DNA of 60,018 nt, filler included. It is 4 parts of 4 records of this genome, joined end to end, with 100 filler letters (N's around TTAATTAATTAA, not from the genome) between each part and the next. Parts side by side here need not be neighbours in the genome. Positions count along the whole stretch, not along the records: positions 1 to 31,950 come from SRR22947727_791; positions 32,051 to 38,394 come from SRR22947727_804; positions 38,495 to 44,737 come from SRR22947727_806; 1 more part is not named here. One strand, 5' to 3'. Within the stretch, counting starts at the first letter, position 1; each line of letters opens with the position of its first letter. The notes under the pieces were generated by a model, which did no database searches, was not told the origin of the DNA, and saw only the letters and a program-made list of their open reading frames with translations. Positions 30,433 to 39,969 of the stretch are shown here, in pieces. A program made the position numbers and the translations under genes.

Positions 30433-31320
30433 ATGACTTTACTTATAATGGCTGCCGGAAGTGGTAGCAGATACGGAGGATTAAAACAATTCGACGGCCT
30501 TGGCCCAAATGGAGAGTACCTTCTTGAATACACCATTTTTAACGCTATAACAGCTGGATTCAACCACATTGTGGTCATTGCTAAACCCGCTAATACAGTA
30601 GATATAAAAGCATATCTATCTCAAAAACTACCCGAACATATTGCTTTAACCGTATTGGGACAAGCTATTTCAGATGTACCAGAGGGCTTTACCGCGCCTG
30701 AAAACAGAGAAAAACCCTGGGGAACTGCCCATGCTGTTTGGACCGCTAGAGCGGTGATTAAAACTCCCTTTGCAACAGTAAATGCAGATGATTATTACGG
30801 TCCTGAAGCGTTTAAAGACGCTGGCGCTTTTTTAAACGCCCTACCCAATGCGCAGACCTATGGGCTTGTTGCCTATGAATTAAGCAATACCTTGTCTGAA
30901 TACGGCACTGTATCTAGAGGGGTCTGTGAGGTAAAAGACGGCGCCTTAAAAGACATTACAGAGCGCACCAAACTTATTGCTTCTGGAAATGAGGAAGCTA
31001 CAGATGAAGATTCTGGGTTAAAATTTCCACTAAACACGCCAGTAAGTATGAATTTTTGGCTGAGTACCCCTTTTATTTTTCCAGCTATCACAGCGCGTTT
31101 TAAAGCATTTTTATCTGGAGAAAACCCTGAAAAAGGAGAATTGTACCTGCCTTATATTGTAGCAGAACAGTTGGAAGAACAAGAAGTTAGTGTGGGGGTA
31201 ATTCCTACGTCTAGCCAATGGTTTGGACTTACCTATGCTCAAGACAAAGCAGCGGCTAAAGAGACCCTTAAAGCACTTCATGAATCTGGTGTTTATCCAG
31301 CTGAATTATGGAAGGCATAG
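30433..31320 (+). CDS. Sugar-phosphate nucleotidyltransferase
   Basis: MAAGSGSRYGGLKQ, REKPWGTAHA and NADDYYG motifs. Confidence 0.88.
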   Translation: MTLLIMAAGSGSRYGGLKQFDGLGPNGEYLLEYTIFNAITAGFNHIVVIAKPANTVDIKAYLSQKLPEHIALTVLGQAISDVPEGFTAPENREKPWGTAHAVWTARAVIKTPFATVNADDYYGPEAFKDAGAFLNALPNAQTYGLVAYELSNTLSEYGTVSRGVCEVKDGALKDITERTKLIASGNEEATDEDSGLKFPLNTPVSMNFWLSTPFIFPAITARFKAFLSGENPEKGELYLPYIVAEQLEEQEVSVGVIPTSSQWFGLTYAQDKAAAKETLKALHESGVYPAELWKA

Positions 31321-31950
31321 ACCAAAAAAACATCGAAAATATTGTTCGCAGTTTTTTACCCCAAAGTAAAAACTTTGAGGTGATTCCCATGACACAAGGC
31401 CTGATCAATGACAGCTATAAAATTAGCTTCACCGATCAGGCCTATTTTTTACAACGCCTCAATACCCAGGTTTTTAAACATCCCACAGGGCTTATGCACA
31501 ATATAGTCCAGTGGCAAAAAAGCATTGTACATGCCTCCTACCATTGCCCTATTTTTTTAAAAACATTAGCGGGGAACTATTTGGTAAAAACAGAACAAGG
31601 CCATTTTTGGCGCATGCAAAATTATGTCTCTAAAGCCATCTCATACGATCTTGCTCCCAATGCGTCTATTGCCTTTGAAGCTGGAAAACTTCTCAATGAT
31701 TTTCACAGTTGCTCCAAAAAAACTGACGCGTCAATGTTCCAAACACACATTCCGCAATTTCAGGATATTTCTTTGCGGTGGGAGCAGTTTCAACTGGCCT
31801 TTAAAAAGGCCGATGCCACAACCATCACTTCCGCTAAATACGCCCTAGAAAAACTTTATTCGCTGCAGGAATTTGTGTTTAACACCCCCTTAAAACTCCC
31901 GGAAAGAATTTGCCATAACGACACAAAACTCAACAATATGCTTTTTCATA
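31308..31950 (+). CDS. APH-family phosphotransferase, N-acetylhexosamine 1-kinase-like (truncated at the contig end)
   Basis: GLINDSY, LQRLN..VF and Brenner motif HNDTKLNN. Confidence 0.8.
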
Positions 31951-32050
31951 NNNNNNNNNNNNNNNNNNNNNNNNNNNNNNNNNNNNNNNNNNNNTTAATT
32001 AATTAANNNNNNNNNNNNNNNNNNNNNNNNNNNNNNNNNNNNNNNNNNNN
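31951..32050. other. Artificial contig linker
   Basis: 44 N + TTAATTAATTAA (stops in all six frames) + 44 N. Confidence 0.99.
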
Positions 32051-32051
32051 A

Positions 32052-32861
32052 AAATACAATGTATATCTTGTGTCTGACTCAACTGGTGAAACCCTAGATA
32101 GAATATTTTTATCGTTAAAATCTCAATTTTCAAACTTTGATTATAATAAAAAAGAATTTGCATTTATCAGAACCGAACAGCAAATTGATAAGATTATTAA
32201 AGAATGTGTTCAAATAGAAAATTCTATTATACTTTATACAATTGTAGAAACTAAATTGGCTAAGTATCTTTCGCAACAAACAATAAAAAGTTCTGTCCCG
32301 TGTTTCGGAGTTTTGGGTAATCTGATTTTAAGTTTTTCAAAACTTCTTAATCAGAAGGCAATACACAAGCCTAGCGCTCAACACGTTTTGGATGACGATT
32401 ATTATAAAAGAATAGAAGCAATACAATTTACCATGGCTCACGATGATGGCAAGAAGGTGGATGATATTAATAATGCAGATGTAATTCTATTAGGCGTAAG
32501 CAGAACAAGCAAGACACCCACTTCTATTTATCTTGCTAATAGAGGATATAAAACTGTTAATATACCTTTAGTATTAGATCAAAATATTCCTAAAGATTTA
32601 ATTTCAAATACCACATCCTGTATAGTCGGACTTGTGGCGGATTCGGAAAGACTATCAGACATAAGGCGAAACAGGGTTGCTATTATGAAGGATCAAAATC
32701 TAAAGGAATATACAGATCTAAATTTTATTAAAAAAGAAGTGGAAGATTCAAAAAAATTATTTAAAAAAAATAATTGGCCAATTATTGACGTTACAAGAAA
32801 ATCTGTTGAAGAAACTGCAGCTTCAATATTAAAAATTATTGAAATAAAAAAAAATAAATGA
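32052..32861 (+). CDS. ppsR: PEP synthase/PPDK regulatory kinase-pyrophosphorylase (5'-truncated)
   Basis: VYLVSDSTGET, HDDG, GVSRTSKTP and DVTRKSVEETA motifs. Confidence 0.92.
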   Translation, partial: KYNVYLVSDSTGETLDRIFLSLKSQFSNFDYNKKEFAFIRTEQQIDKIIKECVQIENSIILYTIVETKLAKYLSQQTIKSSVPCFGVLGNLILSFSKLLNQKAIHKPSAQHVLDDDYYKRIEAIQFTMAHDDGKKVDDINNADVILLGVSRTSKTPTSIYLANRGYKTVNIPLVLDQNIPKDLISNTTSCIVGLVADSERLSDIRRNRVAIMKDQNLKEYTDLNFIKKEVEDSKKLFKKNNWPIIDVTRKSVEETAASILKIIEIKKNK

Positions 32862-33442
32862 AAATAATACTAGCATCTAAGAGTGGAGTAAGAAAAAAAA
32901 TTTTAGATAGATATAAAATTGATAATGAGGTTATAGTTTCAAATGTAAATGAGGAAGACATAAAAGAGTCACTTTTGGCAGAAGGGGCAAACCCCTTGTC
33001 TATTTCAAAAAACCTTGCCGAAATTAAATCAATTAAAGTTAGTATAAAAAATCCAGACCGATTAGTTATTGGAGCTGATAGCGTTATTTCGCTTAATGAT
33101 AAATTGATCAATAAACCGAATTCCAGAGAAGAGGCATTACATATATTAAAAAAACTAAATAATTCAAAACATTATCTAATAAGTTCAGCGTGTATTTCAA
33201 AAAATGGTGTGATGATATGGAATCATACTGATTCATCCGAACTTAAAATGAAGAATCTAACAGATGAAGAGTTAACTAAATACCTAACTAAAATTGAAAC
33301 TAAAACTTTACTTGCATATGGCGTTTATCAAATCGAAGCAAACGGTTTAGATCTTTTTGAATATATAAAAGGTGATAAAGACTCAATTATGGGCTTACCT
33401 ATAAAGCAAATTGTAAATTATATTAAAGAAATTAAAAGATGA
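32858..33442 (+). CDS. maf: Maf family nucleoside triphosphate pyrophosphatase
   Basis: IILASKS, IGADS, NKP and SIMGLP motifs. Confidence 0.9.
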   Translation: MKIILASKSGVRKKILDRYKIDNEVIVSNVNEEDIKESLLAEGANPLSISKNLAEIKSIKVSIKNPDRLVIGADSVISLNDKLINKPNSREEALHILKKLNNSKHYLISSACISKNGVMIWNHTDSSELKMKNLTDEELTKYLTKIETKTLLAYGVYQIEANGLDLFEYIKGDKDSIMGLPIKQIVNYIKEIKR

Positions 33443-34260
33443 AAAAACTTTTTGGAATAATTGGTAATCCTATAAAACATTCTTTGTCACCGATTTTACA
33501 CAACTATTGGTTTGAAAAATATAAGATAGACGCAAAATATACTATTATTGAAGCAACAGATAAAGATTTGCCAGAAGTTATAAGTAAGATTAAAAACGGA
33601 TTACTTGCAGGTATTAATGTAACTTTACCTTTTAAACAGAAAATAATGAATCATATTGATAGAGCAGTTAATGATGCTGAGCTTACTGGTTCAGTTAACA
33701 CTATTTTTTTAAATAATAACAAAACAATCATAGGTGAAAATACGGATGTATTTGGGTTACAAGCTGCTTACCTTAAAGAAATTATTAATAGTGAAAATAA
33801 AAAAACTCTAGTTATTGGTGCGGGAGGAGTATCACCTTCAGTCATTTTAGCTCTTAAAAAATCCGGCATAAGAAAAATTTCAATATCAAATAGGACAAAA
33901 GAAAAATGTATATTTCTTAAGAAAAAATTTAATTTTCTTACTATAATTCCCTGGGAAAATCTAAAATTTGAAATTAAAAATTTTGATATTATCATCAATG
34001 CAACTAGCTTAGGTTTAAAAGGCGGGAATGATTTTGATTTTGTATTTAACCCAACAATGAATGACCTTATTTATATTGATACAATATATAACCCCTTGCA
34101 AACAAAAACTTATAAATATTTAAAAGATAAAGAAAAAAAAGTTTTTAATGGGCTTGATATGTTTATTTACCAAGGACAAAAGTCCTTTTATTTATGGAAT
34201 AAGATTAACCCAGAAATAGATGAGGAATTAATACAATTGCTAAATGAAAAACTTAAATGA
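33439..34260 (+). CDS. aroE: Shikimate dehydrogenase
   Basis: HSLSP, NVTLPFK, NTD, GAGG and NATSLG motifs. Confidence 0.95.
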   Translation: MKKLFGIIGNPIKHSLSPILHNYWFEKYKIDAKYTIIEATDKDLPEVISKIKNGLLAGINVTLPFKQKIMNHIDRAVNDAELTGSVNTIFLNNNKTIIGENTDVFGLQAAYLKEIINSENKKTLVIGAGGVSPSVILALKKSGIRKISISNRTKEKCIFLKKKFNFLTIIPWENLKFEIKNFDIIINATSLGLKGGNDFDFVFNPTMNDLIYIDTIYNPLQTKTYKYLKDKEKKVFNGLDMFIYQGQKSFYLWNKINPEIDEELIQLLNEKLK

Positions 34261-34823
34261 TTAAAATTGGAATTACAGGTTCGCTAGCTTCTGGAAAGTC
34301 TACTGCTAGTAATATTTTGTCTCATAGAAGAGGACCTTTATTTAGCGCAGATAAAGCTGTTAAAGAGCTTTATAAAAACAAGTATTTTAGAAGCAAAATT
34401 AGTAAGAAATTTAATATTGAGAATAATAATAAAATTAAAAAATCTATAAAAAAACGAGCTCTTAATAATAAAAACTTCCTAAAAAAATTAGAAAAAATAA
34501 TTCATCCTTTAGTTAGAAAAAAGATGAAAAAATTTACTGCTCAAAATAAAAATAAAAAAAACCTTTTTTACGAAATCCCTTTGTTAGTTGAGAGTAAATT
34601 AATGAAATATTTTGATATCATTATTTTTATAAAAGCAAAAAAAAAGTTAAGGTTAAAACGATTTAAAATCAATCAAGGCAATGAAAAATTGTTTAAATTA
34701 CTAGATAACAAACAGATGCTGGAAACTAAAAAAATTCAATATTGTGACCATATTATTGTTAATGAAAAAAATTTAAAGATTTTAAAAAAGAACTTATTGG
34801 ATATAATTAAACAATATGTATGA
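34257..34823 (+). CDS. coaE: Dephospho-CoA kinase
   Basis: GITGSLASGKST, IIHPLV and EIPLLVE motifs. Confidence 0.93.
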   Translation: MIKIGITGSLASGKSTASNILSHRRGPLFSADKAVKELYKNKYFRSKISKKFNIENNNKIKKSIKKRALNNKNFLKKLEKIIHPLVRKKMKKFTAQNKNKKNLFYEIPLLVESKLMKYFDIIIFIKAKKKLRLKRFKINQGNEKLFKLLDNKQMLETKKIQYCDHIIVNEKNLKILKKNLLDIIKQYV

Positions 34824-35475
34824 AGTTTTTTTAGATACTGAAACGACTGGTTTGTCTTTTAGAGATGGACATAAAATAGTTGAAATAGCTTGCATTGAAA
34901 CCAAAGATTTAATCGCAACAGGAAAAATATTTCATAAATACATTAACCCCAAAAGAAATATGCCAGATCAAGCATTTAAAATACACGGCTTTTCAGAGGA
35001 ATTCTTAAAAGACAAAGAAACGTTTGATCAGATAGCTGACGATTTTTTAGATTTTATTAATAATAAAAAAATTATTATACACAATGCATCTTTCGATTTA
35101 GGGTTTTTAGATGGAGAATTAGGTTTAATTAAAAAGAAAAAAATTAATACTAAATTAGTAGTAGACTCACTCGAGGCGGCAAGAAATAAGTTTCCTGGTA
35201 CTTCAAATTCTTTAGATGCATTGTGTAGAAAATTTAATATTGATTTGTCACGAAGAACAAAACACAACGCTTTATTAGATTGTGAGTTACTAAGAGAAGT
35301 TTATATCAATTTATTAGATGTCAAAGAACCAATGTTAAATCTATCTAATAATGTATTGGATAAAAAAAATGATAAAATTAAAGACTACAATAAAAATATT
35401 ATTAAAATTTCAGAAACAGATATAAGGAAGCACAAAGATTTTTTAAAATCTGAATTAAAAAAAAATTTCTACTGA
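34816..35475 (+). CDS. dnaQ: DNA polymerase III epsilon subunit
   Basis: DTETTG, HNASFD and HNALLD DEDDh motifs. Confidence 0.95.
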   Translation: MYEVFLDTETTGLSFRDGHKIVEIACIETKDLIATGKIFHKYINPKRNMPDQAFKIHGFSEEFLKDKETFDQIADDFLDFINNKKIIIHNASFDLGFLDGELGLIKKKKINTKLVVDSLEAARNKFPGTSNSLDALCRKFNIDLSRRTKHNALLDCELLREVYINLLDVKEPMLNLSNNVLDKKNDKIKDYNKNIIKISETDIRKHKDFLKSELKKNFY

Positions 35476-35888
35476 ACCTTCTTCATTTTGTAAAGTTTTT
35501 CAAAATCGATACTCTCATTAATTTTTACGTCCTTAAATCCAGAGCTTTCAAATAAGAAAACAAAAATTTGCCTTAATTCCGGGTATATTTCTGACGGCAC
35601 TTCTATCAAAATTATTTTTTCTATTTCTTCTTTATTAATTTTATCATTATTCAATTCTACTATTGTAGAAAAGACAATTTTGGTATCAATTTTTTCAAAA
35701 TCTTCTTTTAAAGGTTTTAAAGAAAGTATAGTTAAAACTTCTATAATATTTTGTTTGATTTGGTTGCTCTTGATATCAATATTAATCTTATAATTTGAAA
35801 TATCTTTTGAAATCAAAAAAAAAGTTTTAGGGTTTGGAATATTAAAATTTAATTCTTTGATATATTTGGCTATAATTTTATAAGTCAT
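35469..35888 (-). CDS. secB: Protein export chaperone SecB
   Basis: KYIKELNFNIPN matches the SecB QYIKDLSFE motif; conserved dnaQ-secB-fxsA context. Confidence 0.82.
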   Translation of the reverse strand: MTYKIIAKYIKELNFNIPNPKTFFLISKDISNYKINIDIKSNQIKQNIIEVLTILSLKPLKEDFEKIDTKIVFSTIVELNNDKINKEEIEKIILIEVPSEIYPELRQIFVFLFESSGFKDVKINESIDFEKLYKMKKVQ

Positions 35889-36294
35889 CTTTTTTGTCTA
35901 CTACTTCACCATCTATTGTTTCATCATTTTTTTTTATATTAAATTTACTTTTATTTTTTAAAGCAATACTAAATATTATTTTTCTTGTGATAGGAATTAA
36001 AAGTAAAAATCCTATAAAATCTGTAAAAAAACCAGGCAAGATTAACAAAATGGCAGCTATTGCAATCGATGCTCCTGATAATAATTCATAAACTGGTAAC
36101 TTATTTTGATAAAGATTAAGCATGCCCGACTTTAAAGTTTGAATACTTTGTATTTTTGCAAAATAAATACCTATTATTGCTGTTAAAAAAATAAGAGCCA
36201 CTGTGTTTAGAGCCCCAATATTGTTGCCCATTTTAATCATTAAGTAAATTTCGAGCGCTGCTAGACCTATAAAAATTAAAAAAAATGAGTTCAT
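35878..36294 (-). CDS. fxsA: FxsA family membrane protein
   Basis: LEIYL, LLILPGFFTDFIG and TIDGEV motifs. Confidence 0.9.
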   Translation of the reverse strand: MNSFFLIFIGLAALEIYLMIKMGNNIGALNTVALIFLTAIIGIYFAKIQSIQTLKSGMLNLYQNKLPVYELLSGASIAIAAILLILPGFFTDFIGFLLLIPITRKIIFSIALKNKSKFNIKKNDETIDGEVVDKKDDL

Positions 36295-36338
36295 TTGTCT
36301 AATACAAAAATATATGATTAATGTATAATTATCAAATT

Positions 36339-36938
36339 ATGAGCAACAGTTTTGGATATATAGACATAATTTTACTGGGTATGATCGCTGGCTTTATAAT
36401 TCTGCGATTAAGAAGTATATTGGGAAGAAAAACCGGTCATCAGACAAAGGTGTATCCCGGTTTTCCTGATAGAAAATTTAGTATCCCAAAAAATGAGACA
36501 AAACCCATTAAACAAAATCATGATGTTTTAGAAGGTAAAAATAAAAAAGAATTTTTAAAAGGTGCAGAGTTAGCTTATGAAACAATTCTTACTTCTTTCG
36601 CAAATGGTGACACAAAAAAATTTAAAAGTCTTTTAACATCAGAAATGAATAGTAATTTTTTAAGTGCTATTGATCAAAGAAATAAAGAAAAAATTAAATC
36701 TGAATTTACATTTATAGGTATTAAAGAATCATCAGTTGAAAAATATGAAAAAATTAAAGATGATTTGTCTGCTACTGTTAAGTTTGTAGCAGAAGTAATT
36801 TCTGTGAAGAAAAAAGAAGAAAAAATAATTGAAGGCAACCCTGATAAAATTAAATTTGTTACAGACATTTGGAAATTTACAAGAAACATAAACAATAAAA
36901 ATCCCAACTGGTATTTAGCTGAAATCATAAATAAGTGA
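36339..36938 (+). CDS. Tim44/TimA family protein (likely start ATG 36339)
   Basis: LRLRSILGRKTG, FLKGAELAY and DIWKFTR...PNWYL motifs. Confidence 0.9.
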   Translation: MSNSFGYIDIILLGMIAGFIILRLRSILGRKTGHQTKVYPGFPDRKFSIPKNETKPIKQNHDVLEGKNKKEFLKGAELAYETILTSFANGDTKKFKSLLTSEMNSNFLSAIDQRNKEKIKSEFTFIGIKESSVEKYEKIKDDLSATVKFVAEVISVKKKEEKIIEGNPDKIKFVTDIWKFTRNINNKNPNWYLAEIINK

Positions 36939-37354
36939 TAAAAAAAAAAGACCTTTCAAAAGAAGACAAAGAGGCCTGGGATAATTTTACTAGACAACCT
37001 TCAGACATATATGACAAAGACTTACAAGTTGCGGATGATAATCCAAGAAAAAATCGTTTAAGGTACGATTTACATGGTTTTACTTTAGAGGATGCAAATA
37101 AAAAAGTTAAAGATTTAATTCTTTCCGGTATTCGAAATAAGTATAAGGAAATACTTTTAATTACTGGAAAAGGTCTTCATTCTAATATTGAGGAAGATAC
37201 CTATGTATCTAAGAATTTAAGTAAATTAAGATTTTCAGTGCCAGCATTTATTAACAGCAGTGATGAACTTAGTAAGTTTGTAGTTTCAATATCTGAAGCT
37301 TCTTTAAAAGATGGTGGTTCAGGTGCTATTCTGATTAAATTAAAAAACTTATAG
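36935..37354 (+). CDS. Smr/MutS2 C-terminal domain protein
   Basis: DLHGFTL, ITGKG and GGSGA motifs. Confidence 0.9.
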   Translation: MIKKKDLSKEDKEAWDNFTRQPSDIYDKDLQVADDNPRKNRLRYDLHGFTLEDANKKVKDLILSGIRNKYKEILLITGKGLHSNIEEDTYVSKNLSKLRFSVPAFINSSDELSKFVVSISEASLKDGGSGAILIKLKNL

Positions 37355-38394
37355 AATAAATTTTGATAAATCAGTATCTTTTACTAAATTACCTAAATTA
37401 TCTTGTACATATTTTTCGTTAATTGTAATCGTTTCTCCGGATTTGTCTGTAGCATTAAAACTTATATCGTCTAAAACTTTTTCGATTATTGTGTGAAGTC
37501 TTCTAGCACCTATATTTTCTACTGATGAATTTACTTCTGCAGAAATTTTTGCAAGCGTATTAATCCCATCATCAGTAAATTCTAGATTAACATTCTCTGT
37601 TTTTAGTAATTCTTTATATTGTTTAATCAAACTGTTATCTGGTTCTTTGAGTATTCGAATAAAATCTTCTTCCTTAAGAGCATTCAGCTCAACTCTTATT
37701 GGCAATCTTCCTTGCAGTTCTGGAAGTAAATCTGATGGTTTAGCTAATTGAAAGGCTCCAGAGGCTATGAATAAAATATGGTCAGTTTTAATAGGACCAT
37801 GTTTAGTACTTACTGTTGTACCTTCAATAAGTGGCAATAAATCTCTTTGAACACCTTCTCTTGAAACATCTCCGCCAACTCTATCGGTTCTTGCAGAAAT
37901 TTTGTCGATTTCATCAAGAAAGACTATTCCATTATTTTCAGTAGAAATTTTTGCAGCTTTAATAATTTTATCTTGTTCAATCAGTTTATCAGACTCATCA
38001 TTTATTAAAATTTCATGAGACTCTTTTACTGACATTTTCTTTTTCTTTTCTTTATTCCCCATTGATTTACCGATCATTTCACCAATATTAATCATACCAA
38101 CATTTGCACCTGGCATTCCAGGGATTTCAAAGGAAGTGTTGTTTGATCCTGCATCGCTTACAACGATTTCTATTTCTTTGTTATCCAAGTCACCACTTCT
38201 AAGTCTTTTTCTAAAACTTTCTCTGGTCGCTAAACTTGCTTTTTTACCAACCAATGCATCTAAAACTTTTTCTTCAGCTGCCTTTTGGGCTTTAGCATGT
38301 ACTTCTTTTCTCATTTTCACTTTTTCCATTGAGATTGCAATTTCTACTAAATCTCTAACAATTTGCTCCACATCTCTACCCACATAACCAACCT
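37349..38394 (-). CDS. hslU: ATP-dependent protease ATPase HslU (5'-truncated)
   Basis: [29 protein letters not shown] and NIGARRLHT motifs. Confidence 0.96.
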
Positions 38395-38494
38395 NNNNNN
38401 NNNNNNNNNNNNNNNNNNNNNNNNNNNNNNNNNNNNNNTTAATTAATTAANNNNNNNNNNNNNNNNNNNNNNNNNNNNNNNNNNNNNNNNNNNN
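38395..38494. other. Artificial contig linker
   Basis: 44 N + TTAATTAATTAA + 44 N. Confidence 0.99.
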
Positions 38495-38518
38495 AGTAGA
38501 CGAAAGTCGAAGGAACGC
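38495..38518 (+). ncRNA. Glutamine riboswitch (glnA motif) aptamer, 3' half, cut by the contig start
   Basis: AGUA-GAC-GAAA-GUC-GAA-GGAACGC: loop-E motif, P3 with GNRA loop, and the P1 3' strand. Confidence 0.78.
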
Positions 38519-38526
38519 ATGCAAGT

Positions 38527-38580
38527 TAATCGTTCAATCCTCATAAGGGATCGGAAATAGGGGTGACCTTAAGGAACGCG
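38527..38580 (+). ncRNA. Glutamine riboswitch (glnA motif) aptamer, complete
   Basis: P1 CGUUC/GAACG; P2 AUCCU-CAUAA-GGGAU; CGGAA junction; P3 AGGG-GUGA-CCUU; 3' AAGGAACGCG; lies upstream of amtB. Confidence 0.82.
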
Positions 38581-38615
38581 GATCTTATCTGTATTTTCCA
38601 TAACTACGCATGAAT

Positions 38616-38641
38616 ATTTATCACTGAGGTCAGTGATAAAT
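38616..38641. repeat. Perfect 12-bp inverted repeat in the amtB leader
   Basis: ATTTATCACTGA-GG-TCAGTGATAAAT. Confidence 0.85.
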
Positions 38642-38663
38642 TAATTTTAACGTAAAGGTATGT

Positions 38664-39950
38664 ATGGCCAAAAAAATAATATATTTTATAGGAGTTTTAA
38701 TTAGCTCATTATTGATTAGTTCAGGAGTTTATGCTGCAGTTGATATTGAAGTAGCGTATATTTTCAATACATTTTCATTTCTAGTTTGTGCTTTTCTTGT
38801 CATGTGGATGGCTGCTGGATTTTGTATGCTTGAATCAGGCTTAGTTACAACAAAAAGTGTATCAACTATCGCTGCAAAAAATATTGGTAAATTTGCCATT
38901 GTTAGCGTGATGTTTTACTTAGTTGGTTATAATTTAGGTTACGGTGACTCCGATAACCCATATTTTGGTTCTTTTGAAATATGGACTGATAATTCTAGCT
39001 TAGAAACAGGTTACTCAGATTATTCTGACTGGCTATTTCAAACATTATTTGTATGTGCCACATGTTCTATTGTATCTGGTGCAGTTGCGGAGAGAATTAA
39101 GATTTGGCCCTTCTTTATATTTTCAGCAATACTCGGTGGCTTTATTTATCCTATTCAAATGAGTTGGGAATGGGGAGGTGGATGGCTTGACTCTCTTGGT
39201 TTTGCAGATTTTGCGGGTTCTACTCTTGTGCATGCTTGTGGTGGTGCAGCAGCTCTTGCAGGAATAATGATCTTAGGTCCTCGATTAGGTAGATTTACTG
39301 ACGATGGTAGTCCTCAAAACATGGCACCATTTGCAGCTTCATCAATTCCTTTAGTAACTTTAGGAACTTTTATTTTATGGATGGGTTGGTATGGTTTTAA
39401 TGGTGGATCTCAATTAGCTTTAGGTTCTTTTGAGGATTCAACAGCTATGTCACGTATATTTATGAACACACAATTAGCGGCTTGTGGAGGCTGTATAGCC
39501 GGTGCTATGATAACTAGAATTTTAGGAGGAAAAACTGATATTATTATGATGCTGAACGGAGCATTAGCAGGTTTAGTTTCTATAACAGCAGAACCTCTAA
39601 TGCCTAGCCCTATGCTCTCTATTTTTATAGGAGCAATTGGTGGTATCATAATGTACTTTGGCACAAATTTCCTAGAAAGAATGAGACTAGATGATGTTGT
39701 GGGGGCAATTCCAGTTCATATGTTTGCTGGTATTTTTGGTACATTGGTCGTTCCAATTAGTAATCCGGATACTTCATTTTTAATTCAATTAATTGGTGTT
39801 GGATCTGTTTGCATTTTTGTATTCATAATATCTTATGTGTGCATGTATGTAATTAAATCTACTATTGGTTTAAGAATTAGTAATGAGGCTGAAAAACTTG
39901 GAACTGATAAAGCTGAGATAGGTGTTATGGCTTACTCAATTAGAGATTAA
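38664..39950 (+). CDS. amtB: Ammonium transporter
   Basis: AAGFCMLESG, IVSGAVAER, DFAGSTLVH, GWYGFNGGS and DDVVGAIPVH (twin His intact). Confidence 0.96.
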   Translation: MAKKIIYFIGVLISSLLISSGVYAAVDIEVAYIFNTFSFLVCAFLVMWMAAGFCMLESGLVTTKSVSTIAAKNIGKFAIVSVMFYLVGYNLGYGDSDNPYFGSFEIWTDNSSLETGYSDYSDWLFQTLFVCATCSIVSGAVAERIKIWPFFIFSAILGGFIYPIQMSWEWGGGWLDSLGFADFAGSTLVHACGGAAALAGIMILGPRLGRFTDDGSPQNMAPFAASSIPLVTLGTFILWMGWYGFNGGSQLALGSFEDSTAMSRIFMNTQLAACGGCIAGAMITRILGGKTDIIMMLNGALAGLVSITAEPLMPSPMLSIFIGAIGGIIMYFGTNFLERMRLDDVVGAIPVHMFAGIFGTLVVPISNPDTSFLIQLIGVGSVCIFVFIISYVCMYVIKSTIGLRISNEAEKLGTDKAEIGVMAYSIRD

Positions 39951-39969
39951 TTGTTTTTAATCTATATAA

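Noticed and set aside
31995-32006. TTAATTAATTAA repeated three times in the window, and ORFs extended through the Ns (31308-32006, 44790-45317)
   Set aside because: Assembly spacer, not biological sequence
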